Assembly (NCBI GenBank): GCA_963666205.1
Contig: OY762654.1
Coordinates: 1,440,001 to 1,504,000, forward strand
From: Synergistales bacterium
Lineage (GTDB): Bacteria > Synergistota > Synergistia > Synergistales > JAFGMB01
Direction: 5' to 3'
Length of the DNA: 64,000 nucleotides
Below, piece by piece: positions 20,565-29,552 of the stretch; within the stretch, counting starts at the first letter, position 1, and each line of letters starts with the position of its first letter. The notes beneath the pieces are model-generated. The model was not told the origin of the DNA, ran no database searches, and saw nothing but the letters and a program-made list of their open reading frames with translations. The position numbers were made by a program, and so were the translations under genes.

Positions 20565-21023
20565 TTATTTACAAAGGCCCTGCTGAATAATATTCCGAAG
20601 AGCTTCCAGGGCCAGGATATAGCCATGGCTTCCAAATCCTGCTATTCGGCCCCTTACAACGGGAGCTATGACGCTTTTATGGCGAAATTCCTCCCTGGCC
20701 TCCGGATTGGATATATGAACTTCTATTACAGGAATGGCAAGGGCTGTTATGCAGTCCCTCAAGGCGTAACTATAATGGGTATAGGCTCCTGCATTGAGAA
20801 CAGCTCCCTGGGCCTCCTTTCGATTTTCCTGCAGTATATCGATAAGGACTCCTTCGGAATTGCTCTGGGAACACCTGACCTCGATCCCCTTACTGTCTCC
20901 CCAGTTACGGCACTTCTCTTCCAGGTCTTCCAGGGTTTCATGTCCATAGACAGAGGGTTCACGCTCACCCAGAAGGTTCAGATTGGGACCGTTAACCACA
21001 AGAAAGACCGGTTTTTTCTCCAT
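20565..21023 (-). CDS. aroQ: Type II 3-dehydroquinate dehydratase
   Basis: NGPNLNLLGEREP..YG, NAGAYTHYS, EVHISN. Confidence 0.95.
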   Translation of the reverse strand: MEKKPVFLVVNGPNLNLLGEREPSVYGHETLEDLEEKCRNWGDSKGIEVRCSQSNSEGVLIDILQENRKEAQGAVLNAGAYTHYSYALRDCITALAIPVIEVHISNPEAREEFRHKSVIAPVVRGRIAGFGSHGYILALEALRNIIQQGLCK

Positions 21024-22602
21024 AGAGCATCACCTCCCTGTAAGCATTTTCAAGATCCTCAAGTCCTGCATTATCGACAAGAAGGCTGTTCCCTATCCCC
21101 TGGGGAATAACCAGTCGCGGCTGGCGGGAAATGAATTTTTTGTCCCTTTTTATGTAGGGAAGTATCTCTTCCCAGGGAATATCAGATCTGACAGGAAGAC
21201 CAAAGGTCTTCAGCAGACCATGGAGTTCCTCAAATTCGAGGATACTCATATTTCCCCTTCCCACGGAGATGAGTGCTGCCACCATCATTCCCACTGCAAC
21301 AGAATCTCCATGTTTCCAGTTCCTGTAGCCGGAGGCTGCCTCGAGGGCATGTCCGATGGTATGGCCAAGATTAAGTCTTGCCCGCTCTCCCTTCTTTTCC
21401 TTTTCATCTTTTTCTACTATTTCCAGCTTGATCCTGGTACACCACTCCACCATCCGGACCAGAACATCCTTCTGGCGGGAGAGAATGAGTCCGGCATGGA
21501 GAGTGAGCCAGGAAAAGAGATCCCTGTCATGGCCAAGACCGTACTTTGTCACTTCGGCAAGGCCCTGCCGGAATTCAACACCGGAAAGAGAAACAAGGCA
21601 GTCCACATCGGAAAAAACCGCCATGGGCTGATGAAAGGCTCCAACCATATTTTTGCCCCCGGGCAGATTAATTCCCGTTTTACCTCCAAGAGCGCTGTCA
21701 ACCTGGGCAAGGAGGGTGGTGGGACACTGTATGAAATTTATGCCCCTCATCCATGAAGCAGCGGCAAAACCGGCTACATCTCCTACAGTCCCTCCTCCAA
21801 GGGCAAGGATACATCCTGATCGGTCTTCACCGGCCTCCTGGAGCTGATTGAATATATTCTGAAGCTGCGTAAGGGTTTTGGCTTCCTCTCCCCTGGGAAG
21901 CAGGCTCAGTTTTTTCCCCGACAGCACCTTATCAGCATAAAGCGGACCTGTTATCTCATCGGCAACAACAACAGGAAGTCTGTCGGAACCGGAGAGCAGG
22001 TCTTCCATGGAGGCAAGGATACCGCTGCCTATGTATACAGGATAGGAATTTACCCCGGTACGTCCCTGGAGAACTACCCCTTCCGGCTTTTCAGCCAGAG
22101 GCTGAAGATTCAGACCTTCCATGATCCTCTCCACTTCTTCCTCCACTGTCAGCTGGTCTGTCTCTATTATCAGATGACCATTGGAATAGGCAGGTATTCT
22201 CTTTTTCCACAGGGCATTTACATTCAGGGGATCAAGGAGGGGACGCTTTCCCTTCTCCGAGGCTGCTCTTTTCAGAGCCGTTTCCGGAAGTACGGACAAA
22301 ACAACAAGGATCCCCTTCTCCATGATGGTTTCCTTCAGTTCCGGATCGGCAAGGATACCGCCGCCAAGGGCTATGATCATTCCCTGGAGTTCGCAGAGTT
22401 CCCGTACAACATTTTGTTCCATGAGGCGGAAAACTGATTCTCCCGAAGTAGCAAAGATCCGGGCGACGCTCATTCCGGCTCTCTGTTCAATTATCTGATC
22501 CGTATCGACAAAGGGTCTTCCTGTCTTTGCTGCGAGGTCCTTTCCGACGGAAGTCTTTCCTGCCGCCATGAAACCGCCGAGAAAAATATTCTTTCTAGCC
22601 AT
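20992..22602 (-). CDS. aroKB: Shikimate kinase / 3-dehydroquinate synthase fusion (AroK-AroB)
   Basis: GFMAAGKT P-loop, then GGGTVGDVAGF, PTTLLAQVDS, GGKTG, LNLGHT. Confidence 0.93.
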   Translation of the reverse strand: MARKNIFLGGFMAAGKTSVGKDLAAKTGRPFVDTDQIIEQRAGMSVARIFATSGESVFRLMEQNVVRELCELQGMIIALGGGILADPELKETIMEKGILVVLSVLPETALKRAASEKGKRPLLDPLNVNALWKKRIPAYSNGHLIIETDQLTVEEEVERIMEGLNLQPLAEKPEGVVLQGRTGVNSYPVYIGSGILASMEDLLSGSDRLPVVVADEITGPLYADKVLSGKKLSLLPRGEEAKTLTQLQNIFNQLQEAGEDRSGCILALGGGTVGDVAGFAAASWMRGINFIQCPTTLLAQVDSALGGKTGINLPGGKNMVGAFHQPMAVFSDVDCLVSLSGVEFRQGLAEVTKYGLGHDRDLFSWLTLHAGLILSRQKDVLVRMVEWCTRIKLEIVEKDEKEKKGERARLNLGHTIGHALEAASGYRNWKHGDSVAVGMMVAALISVGRGNMSILEFEELHGLLKTFGLPVRSDIPWEEILPYIKRDKKFISRQPRLVIPQGIGNSLLVDNAGLEDLENAYREVMLYGEKTGLSCG

Positions 22603-23764
22603 GGATAAAACACCCCACTCTTTTTTCATAGCTTCTCCATCGTTCTCTGAGGTCTTCAAGGGTATCTCCGCCGAACTGTTCCATAACAGCTCCGGCAAGT
22701 ACCCAGGAGAACATGGCCTCTCCTACAATACAAGCGGCGGGAAGGGCACAGACATCGCTTCGTTCGAAGGCCGCTTCTACTTCAAGGCCGCTGTTAATGT
22801 CTATTGATCTGAGGGGTTTCTTAAGGGTCGGAATGGGTTTCATTGCTGCAGAGAGGATCAGTTCCTCTCCATTGGTCATTCCACCCTCAAGGCCTCCAGC
22901 ATTGTTGGTAAGCCTCTGCCAGCCCTTTTCGCAAGGAAGGATCTCATCATGGGCTACGCTGCCCTGTATGCGGGCAAGTTCAAATCCCCTTCCTGTCTCC
23001 ACACCCTTGATGGCGGGTATGGACATTATGGCCCCGGCCAGCCGGCCGTCCAGACGTCGGTCCCATTCGGCATGTGAGCCTATACCGGGAAGCAGTCCCA
23101 TGGCGGACAGAAGAAAGGTCCCTCCAAGGGTGTCACCCTCTTCCCCGCATTTCCTGATCCTTTCCATAAGCCTCTGCTCGTCTTCCCTTCTGGGACATCC
23201 AAGGTCCGAAGCAGCTGCATGATCCCATTCAGACGGACTTTCAGGGGGAGCCACTTCTACTCCTCCTATGGATGTAACGGAGCTTCGGATGGTCACTCCC
23301 AGTTCTTCGAGAAGGAGGCGGGCAATTGTCCCCGCTACGGTCCAGGCTGCTGTAGATCTTGCACTGGCCCTTTCCAGTACATTGCGGATATCATCATGGC
23401 CGTATTTGACAGCACCAGGAAGATCCGCATGTCCGGGTCTGGGTCTGGTAACCCTCTTCAGCGAGGCTTTTCCCTCATCAGTTTTCCATGGATCCAGAAG
23501 GGACTTCCACTTGTCCCATTCAGTATTCTCAAGGGAGAAACTGAGGGGAGAACCGACGGTGAACCCGTTTCGCAGCCCGCTCCAGGCTGTGAGCCTGTCC
23601 CTCTCGAGCTTCATTCTGGGGCCGCGGCCATAGCCTCTGCGGCGCCTGGACAGCTCGCCGGCTATTCTCTCTTCCTTTATTTCCAGATGTGAGGGCAGAC
23701 CCTCAAGAATAAGCATGAGACCTCTGCCATGGGATTCTCCGCTGGAAAGAAAACGAAGGGTCAT
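22595..23764 (-). CDS. aroC: Chorismate synthase
   Basis: SGESHG, RPGHAD, ERASAR, KPIPT, ERSDVC. Confidence 0.96.
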   Translation of the reverse strand: MTLRFLSSGESHGRGLMLILEGLPSHLEIKEERIAGELSRRRRGYGRGPRMKLERDRLTAWSGLRNGFTVGSPLSFSLENTEWDKWKSLLDPWKTDEGKASLKRVTRPRPGHADLPGAVKYGHDDIRNVLERASARSTAAWTVAGTIARLLLEELGVTIRSSVTSIGGVEVAPPESPSEWDHAAASDLGCPRREDEQRLMERIRKCGEEGDTLGGTFLLSAMGLLPGIGSHAEWDRRLDGRLAGAIMSIPAIKGVETGRGFELARIQGSVAHDEILPCEKGWQRLTNNAGGLEGGMTNGEELILSAAMKPIPTLKKPLRSIDINSGLEVEAAFERSDVCALPAACIVGEAMFSWVLAGAVMEQFGGDTLEDLRERWRSYEKRVGCFIHG

Positions 23765-23766
23765 TA

Positions 23767-24615
23767 TCAGTCCCTCTCCCTCTGGACAAGGGCATTACGC
23801 ATGACTTCCACTGGAGCCGTTCTTCCTGTGAAAAGCTCAAAAGCTGCAACTCCCTGGAAAAGGAGGACTTCTTCTCCTCCAACTGCAGGAATGCCTCTTT
23901 CTGAAGCAGCAGACACAAGAGGGGTTCTGCCTTCTCTGCTGTAAACCATGTCCAGAACCTTACCTCTGCCTGCAGCAGCAAGGATATCTTCAAGGAAAGG
24001 ACCGGGCCAGATATTGTCTTCAAGACCAAGGGATGTAGCATTTACAAGAATGTCAATTTCCCCTTCCGGGACTGCTCCCCATGGGATGATCTCTATTTCA
24101 GTATTCTCCATCAGGGGAAGGAGGTCTTCCTTAAGGGAACAGGCCCTGGAAAGGGTCCTGTTGGCCAGGATTATGGGAGAAAACCCTTCTTCTCCAAGGG
24201 CACATACAACTCCCCTTGCGGCACCTCCCGCACCTAGCACCATGGCCCTCTTTCCATCGGGTCTGAAGCGGGACAGTACCTCTCTTACTCCAGTAATGTC
24301 CGTATTGTGTCCTATGGTCTTTCCGTCCCTGAAAAGAACCGTGTTTACGGCACCGGCCTTCTCCGCTGATGGCGCGAGCTCATCAACCCATTGAAAGGCC
24401 CCTTCCTTGTGAGGAACTGTTATATTTGTTCCCACCGCTCCAAGGGACGCCATGCCTTCCAGGGCGGAAACAAGTTTTTCCCCCTTTACATCAAAAGCCA
24501 TATAGTGCATATCAAGATCCAGGTGGATCATTGCAGCGTTGTGCATGACAGGGGAAAGGCTATGGTCTACCGGGCTCCCGAGGAGACCTACGAGGCGGTT
24601 GGTATTGGTTCTCAT
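23767..24615 (-). CDS. aroE: Shikimate dehydrogenase
   Basis: HSLSP, NITVPHK, AVNT, NTD, GAGGAAR. Confidence 0.95.
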   Translation of the reverse strand: MRTNTNRLVGLLGSPVDHSLSPVMHNAAMIHLDLDMHYMAFDVKGEKLVSALEGMASLGAVGTNITVPHKEGAFQWVDELAPSAEKAGAVNTVLFRDGKTIGHNTDITGVREVLSRFRPDGKRAMVLGAGGAARGVVCALGEEGFSPIILANRTLSRACSLKEDLLPLMENTEIEIIPWGAVPEGEIDILVNATSLGLEDNIWPGPFLEDILAAAGRGKVLDMVYSREGRTPLVSAASERGIPAVGGEEVLLFQGVAAFELFTGRTAPVEVMRNALVQRERD

Positions 24616-25901
24616 GCAGCATTCCTCCCCCTGACCTTCTCCATATTTTCAAAGAATCCGGGATCGGATATTGCTACTGAGGAGGTGTCGTCGATAGTGA
24701 TCTCCCCTTCAGAAACAAGGGAGGCTATGGACAGGGTCATTACGATCCTGTGGTCATTGTAACTACGCACCTTTGCTCCATGTAGATGGCAGGGACCCTT
24801 GATGATCCAGCCGTCATCCTGTTCCCGGATATCAGCACCGAGGGCGGAAAGGCCTTCTGCTACAGCATGGATACGGTCACACTCCTTGAATCTCAGTTCC
24901 CTGGCTCCCCTTACTTCTGTAATTCCCTGCGCCTGTGTCGCTGCAAGGGCAAGAATGGGAAGTTCGTCCACCAGGGAGGGGATCTCTTCCGCATCTATGA
25001 CAGTTCCTCTCAGGACAGATGTTCTGACAAAAAGATCAGCTACATTCTCTCCACCCCATTTCCTGAGATTGCGGATCTCGGGGTTAAGACCCATCCTCTC
25101 CAGAACCCTGAGGGCGCCAGTCCTGGTGGGGTTCATTCCTGTATCCTCTATTTTCAGGCCTCTTTCAGAACAGAGGACTCCTGCAACTATCCAGAATGAG
25201 GCTGCAGAGAAATCTCCGGGGACAGTCCAGCTTCCTCCGGGTATCTCATTGCAGGGGTAGACCGTAACTGAAAGGCCTTCTCTCTGGAGTGGCACTTCGA
25301 GGAAATCCAGCATTATCTCGGTATGATCCCGGGTAAGCCTTTTTTCATTGACAGTAGTACTGCCGGAAGCGGAAAGCCCTGCAAGAAGGAGGGCCGTCTT
25401 CACCTGGGCGCTGGCAACGGAAGGAGAATGTTCACCACCTGAAAGCCGGGCCCCTCTTATGGCAAGGGGAAGCCTTTCTCCACCTTCGCATCCGTCGATC
25501 CGGGCCCCCATAGCCTGAAGGGGACGGACTACTCTCGCCATGGGGCGCATTCGCAGGCTTTCATCTCCTGAAATCACGGCAAAGAAACCGGGTATTCCGG
25601 CAAGGAGTCCCGTCATCAGACGGGCTGTAGTCCCTGAATTTCCTGCATCCAGTACTCCCTGGGGATCAAGAACTCCCTCTCCGCTGCTTATGTTCACCAT
25701 GCCGTCCTTCCTGACAACGCGACAGCCAAGCCGGGAGAGGCATTTCAATGTGCTGGCACAGTCTGCTCCTGGAGAAAAATTATCAACTGTGACCCCTTCC
25801 CGGGAAAGAGCACCTAGGAAGGCTGCCCTGTGTGAAATGGATTTGTCCCCCGGAAGGGTTATGGTTCCTGCTATTTTCCCCATTCTCTCAATGGTCTTCA
25901 T
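24612..25901 (-). CDS. aroA: EPSP synthase (class II type, operonic copy)
   Basis: PGDKSISHR, GNSGTTAR, ASAQVK, RDHTE, KECDR, DHRI. Confidence 0.95.
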   Translation of the reverse strand: MKTIERMGKIAGTITLPGDKSISHRAAFLGALSREGVTVDNFSPGADCASTLKCLSRLGCRVVRKDGMVNISSGEGVLDPQGVLDAGNSGTTARLMTGLLAGIPGFFAVISGDESLRMRPMARVVRPLQAMGARIDGCEGGERLPLAIRGARLSGGEHSPSVASAQVKTALLLAGLSASGSTTVNEKRLTRDHTEIMLDFLEVPLQREGLSVTVYPCNEIPGGSWTVPGDFSAASFWIVAGVLCSERGLKIEDTGMNPTRTGALRVLERMGLNPEIRNLRKWGGENVADLFVRTSVLRGTVIDAEEIPSLVDELPILALAATQAQGITEVRGARELRFKECDRIHAVAEGLSALGADIREQDDGWIIKGPCHLHGAKVRSYNDHRIVMTLSIASLVSEGEITIDDTSSVAISDPGFFENMEKVRGRNAA

Positions 25902-25920
25902 GGCCTCTCCCTGTCCTTTC

Positions 25921-26985
25921 CTAGATCACTGGAATGGCGCCGCAGATCTTTTCTCTCTCCTCCTGAACAGGAAGAGCGGGTATAAGACGGGCTATCATAT
26001 CCATGAGCTGCGAGAATTCACTGCAGGACAGAGACTGGTCTCCATCGCACAAAGCTTCTTCAGACCTTGGGTGGACTTCTATGATCAGTCCATCGGCACC
26101 AGCGGCCAGAGAAGCCATGCTCATGGGTGTGACCAGGCTGCGAATACCCGTTCCGTGGCTTGGATCAACTATCACCGGCAAGTGGGACAGGGATTTTACA
26201 AGGGGTACTATATTGAGATCGAGAGTATTCCTTGTCCTGGTCTCAAAGCTCCTGATACCCCGCTCGCAGAGGATAACATTGAAATTGCCTCCACAGAGAA
26301 TGTATTCCGCCGCCTGAAGCCATTCATCTACTGTTGACATGGCTCCCCTTTTAAGGAGTACGGGTTTGTCTACTTTTCCCAGGGCCTTCAGAAGGGGGAA
26401 GTTCTGCATATTACGGGCTCCCACCTGGAAAATATCTATATGAGGTTCCAGCCATTCTATGGCTTCAATGGACATGACTTCCGTCACTATGGGAAGACCG
26501 GTTTCCTCTTTGGCTTCACGGAGAAGGGCGATCCCTTCGCTTCCAAGACCCTGAAAGGAGTAGGGATTTGAACGGGGTTTGAAGGCTCCGCCACGAAGAA
26601 CTGATGCTCCAGCCTTTTTAACGGCCAGGGCGGCATCTCTGATCTGTCGTCTGTTCTCAACCGCACAGGGTCCGGCCATGATGATCCTGTTACCTCCGCC
26701 TATGGTCACACCCGGTGCTATCTTTACGATACTGCTCTTTCCCCCGGTAAGTTCCCTGCTGGCGAGAGGAAAGGGACTATCTGTGGTTATTACTTCCATC
26801 ACGCCCGGGAGTCCCTGCAGTGCCAGTTCCCTTTTCATTGTTCCTTCGACCATTACCAGGCATCCGTCGTAATAGGGGATAAAGCGAGCTTTGCAGCCTT
26901 CTTTTTCAACTTTCTGAAACACATTAGCCACATTGACGTTGGATGTACTGTTCTGCATTCTGATGATCGTTCGCTTATTTCCCAT
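25921..26985 (-). CDS. aroF: DAHP synthase type I-beta with N-terminal regulatory domain
   Basis: AGPCAVE, GGAFKPRSNPYSFQG, GARNMQN, DPSHG. Confidence 0.95.
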   Translation of the reverse strand: MGNKRTIIRMQNSTSNVNVANVFQKVEKEGCKARFIPYYDGCLVMVEGTMKRELALQGLPGVMEVITTDSPFPLASRELTGGKSSIVKIAPGVTIGGGNRIIMAGPCAVENRRQIRDAALAVKKAGASVLRGGAFKPRSNPYSFQGLGSEGIALLREAKEETGLPIVTEVMSIEAIEWLEPHIDIFQVGARNMQNFPLLKALGKVDKPVLLKRGAMSTVDEWLQAAEYILCGGNFNVILCERGIRSFETRTRNTLDLNIVPLVKSLSHLPVIVDPSHGTGIRSLVTPMSMASLAAGADGLIIEVHPRSEEALCDGDQSLSCSEFSQLMDMIARLIPALPVQEEREKICGAIPVI

Positions 26986-27034
26986 TTTTACTTACCTCCC
27001 TGATATCTGTTTAATAAATTTTAATAAAGGATAT

Positions 27035-27073
27035 AAAAAAAGCCGGAACCCGGTGAAAACCGGGTTCCGGCTT
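27035..27073 (-). terminator. Attenuator terminator upstream of aroF
   Basis: AAGCCGGAACCCGGT-TTTC-ACCGGGTTCCGGC followed by T7 on the minus strand. Confidence 0.9.
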
Positions 27074-27103
27074 AATAATGTCTGATTTTCAGCTTATTGC
27101 TTT

Positions 27104-27259
27104 TTACAGCTGTATGCCAGGTTCATCAAGACAGGCCGATAACCGATTTTCACGTACTGAAAGACCACTGGCATAGGAATAAAGCCACTGGCCGCTGGTA
27201 AAGTAGAAATAATAGTATGCGAAAGAGCTATCGATGGTCTTACCAGGTACGTGCATCAT
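27104..27259 (-). CDS. aro operon leader peptide, 51 aa (MMHVPGKTIDSSFAYYYFYFTSGQWLYSYASGLSVRENRLSACLDEPGIQL)
   Basis: GAGGAG RBS; cluster of Phe/Tyr/Trp codons; lies between promoter and terminator. Confidence 0.85.
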   Translation of the reverse strand: MMHVPGKTIDSSFAYYYFYFTSGQWLYSYASGLSVRENRLSACLDEPGIQL

Positions 27260-27321
27260 TATCGAACGTGTCTCCTCTCTTCAAAAAGATTTTGTCTGAC
27301 TTTTCAAATATATTGTCGGCC

Positions 27322-27350
27322 ATGATAAAGCCCTCAGAGCCTTTTGTCAA
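27322..27350 (-). promoter_or_regulatory. Sigma70 promoter of aro leader/operon
   Basis: TTGACA-17-TATCAT. Confidence 0.8.
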
Positions 27351-27369
27351 GGCTATTATGTAAAAAAGT

Positions 27370-28179
27370 CTAAAAGGTCCTGTCGGTCCATCTGGAAAGG
27401 GCTTTTTTTATTCCGCCCCGGGCACTGTGTTCTATGAGCCATCTGTCAATTACTTTCTTGAAACCATATTCCCCCGGGCCCAGCATGAAGGCAAATCTGG
27501 CGCAGGTAAAGGGCCGGTGGGGATTAATGGCCTTGAGAAGGGGACATCGTTTTTCCCAGACCATGGCCTCAATGGCATCGGTTATCATAATATCGGCCTC
27601 TCCCCTGATTATCATGTCAAAAACGGTCATATTGTCCTTGTGGACTGTAATTGTTGCTCTACTGAGCTTTTTCCTGGCAAAGGCTTCATTGGTCCCTCCC
27701 GGATTGACGATCACTCTCACCCCTGGACGGTCTATGTCTTCCAGGCTGTCAAAGAGGCGGGCCCTCTCTCTGGATGAGATGGGAGCTTTTCCTGTCCTGA
27801 AATAGGTGGCACTGAAAAGGGCTTTCTTTCTACGCTCCTTCGAAATGGCAATGCCTCCCACTGCAATATGAAATTTCTCTGACAGAAGATCATCCATGAG
27901 ATCTCTCCAGGAGGTGGGGATGAACTGAATGCCCACTCCGAGGAAACGGGCAAAGTTCTCTGCCGTATCTATATCTATACCCTCGAGACACTCCCCGTTA
28001 TCGTAACTGAAGGGAAGATAATCTGCAGGAGTGCCCACCCGGAGAATCTGACAATCCCTGATCTCCTCAAGAACGGATATTTTCTCGCGGTTTTCCCGAA
28101 TCTTTACCATCTCTCCATATTTCCAGTGAATAGATGGATAGAAAGGTTCGCTTTTACCTCCTGGTTTTGTCTGGATCAT
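27370..28179 (-). CDS. pheC: Cyclohexadienyl dehydratase (PheC-like, SBP family 3 fold)
   Basis: GTPADYLPFS, VNPGGTNE, MITDAIE motifs; aro context; Phe-only leader upstream. Confidence 0.78.
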   Translation of the reverse strand: MIQTKPGGKSEPFYPSIHWKYGEMVKIRENREKISVLEEIRDCQILRVGTPADYLPFSYDNGECLEGIDIDTAENFARFLGVGIQFIPTSWRDLMDDLLSEKFHIAVGGIAISKERRKKALFSATYFRTGKAPISSRERARLFDSLEDIDRPGVRVIVNPGGTNEAFARKKLSRATITVHKDNMTVFDMIIRGEADIMITDAIEAMVWEKRCPLLKAINPHRPFTCARFAFMLGPGEYGFKKVIDRWLIEHSARGGIKKALSRWTDRTF

Positions 28180-28213
28180 TCTTATTCCTCCCTCTCTCTA
28201 ACAGCCTTAAAAT

Positions 28214-28246
28214 AAAAAAGCCGGGACCCTGAAAAGGGTCCCGGCC
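28214..28246 (-). terminator. Attenuator terminator upstream of pheC
   Basis: GCCGGGACCCT-TTTC-AGGGTCCCGGC followed by T6 on the minus strand. Confidence 0.9.
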
Positions 28247-28261
28247 TGAAAAAGCTTCTGG

Positions 28262-28354
28262 TCAAATAGCATCCAGAGCTCCAGGAGGGGACCCGCAGCT
28301 AAAAAAGAAGCTAAAAAAGGAAGATACATTATTAAATATGTTATGGAGCTTCAC
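28262..28354 (-). CDS. Phe leader peptide, 30 aa (MKLHNIFNNVSSFFSFFFSCGSPPGALDAI)
   Basis: AGGAGGTG RBS, GTG start, six Phe codons and no Tyr/Trp. Confidence 0.85.
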   Translation of the reverse strand: MKLHNIFNNVSSFFSFFFSCGSPPGALDAI

Positions 28355-28389
28355 GGGTTTCACCTCCTGATGGAATCTGATTTCAGACG

Positions 28390-29256
28390 CTATTTCACTG
28401 CTATGTCCCTGAGAATAGCCTCACGGGAGATCCTGCCCTCTTCAGCCATCACTTCAAACTTTTCGGGAGAAGAGTTTTTGAAATTCTGCAGTATTTCTAT
28501 CAATCTGTCAAGGAGAACTTCCATATTTTCATGATTTGTAGCCCACATATCAGCTGCAAGCCAGGCCGGACCTGAAGCCACCCTGGATGTATCCCTGAAA
28601 CCCCCTCCTACCATTCTGGGCAGGTTGGGAAAACTTTTTTTCTGTTCATCCGCCAGTAATGCAAGGGATGAAGCAAGTATGGTGGGGATATGGCTCACAC
28701 AGGCAAGGATCCTGTCATGTTCGACGGGATCCAGATAGACCGCATTTGAACCTATGGAGGACACTATTTCCGCAGCCAGTTCCATTGCCCGGGGATCGGT
28801 CAGACCATGGGGAACAATAGCACAGTCAGCCTTCCTGAACAGGTCGGGAGATGCATTTTCGATCCCGCTGTACTCCTTTCCTGCCATTGGATGGAGTCCT
28901 ACATAGGCCCCTCCCCAGATCCTTGACAGGGTTTCCCCTATCTCTTTTTTAGTACTCCCCACATCCATAACGGCAGCGGGGGTCTGGGCAAAAAAAGGTT
29001 TCAACATGAGACTTACCTCCTCCATGTTACGGAGGGGGACTGCCAGGATCAGTAAATCAATGGCGTCTGCAAATTCCGCAGCAGTGTAACAGGGCTCGAA
29101 CACAAAACCCATATCAAGGGCAGTTCTCAGAGCTTCGGGGTTCCGGTTCCATCCAAAAACCTGCTTTGCCGCTCCCGATCCTCCAAGGGACGCCGCAAGG
29201 GAACCTCCTATAAGACCAAGTCCTGCTATTCCAACGTTAAGATCTGATAATGTCAT
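28390..29256 (-). CDS. tyrA: Prephenate/arogenate dehydrogenase
   Basis: GLGLIGGS, DVGSTK, HPMAGKE, HD..A.VSH, GGGFRDTSRVA. Confidence 0.93.
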   Translation of the reverse strand: MTLSDLNVGIAGLGLIGGSLAASLGGSGAAKQVFGWNRNPEALRTALDMGFVFEPCYTAAEFADAIDLLILAVPLRNMEEVSLMLKPFFAQTPAAVMDVGSTKKEIGETLSRIWGGAYVGLHPMAGKEYSGIENASPDLFRKADCAIVPHGLTDPRAMELAAEIVSSIGSNAVYLDPVEHDRILACVSHIPTILASSLALLADEQKKSFPNLPRMVGGGFRDTSRVASGPAWLAADMWATNHENMEVLLDRLIEILQNFKNSSPEKFEVMAEEGRISREAILRDIAVK

Positions 29257-29292
29257 ATTTTTCTCATCTTCTTTTCAGGGTAATTGTCGGGA

Positions 29293-29321
29293 ATCATAAA
29301 CTTGAGGGTCTATTGTGTCAA
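29293..29321 (-). promoter_or_regulatory. Sigma70 promoter of tyrA
   Basis: TTGACA-17-TATGAT. Confidence 0.7.
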
Positions 29322-29478
29322 GGCAAACTGGAGCGAGCCTGGAAAAACCTTATGAACTCCGGACAAAACCCTATTCTCTCGCGGAGAGAAGGGAAGGGAA
29401 ATGGGAAACACGGAAGAAATCGAAATGGCTGTCTACTTGGAACTTATTGCGAAAATGGCATTAACCCCAAGTCAACCT

Positions 29479-29521
29479 GAAGATACAGGCCGGACATTAA
29501 TTCTGTCCGGCCTGTATCTTC
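29479..29521. terminator. 18-bp perfect hairpin downstream of the glyoxylate reductase gene
   Basis: GAAGATACAGGCCGGACA-7-TGTCCGGCCTGTATCTTC. Confidence 0.55.
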
Positions 29522-29552
29522 CTGTTTTTTCAGCTAACTGTCCGGTGCTGGA

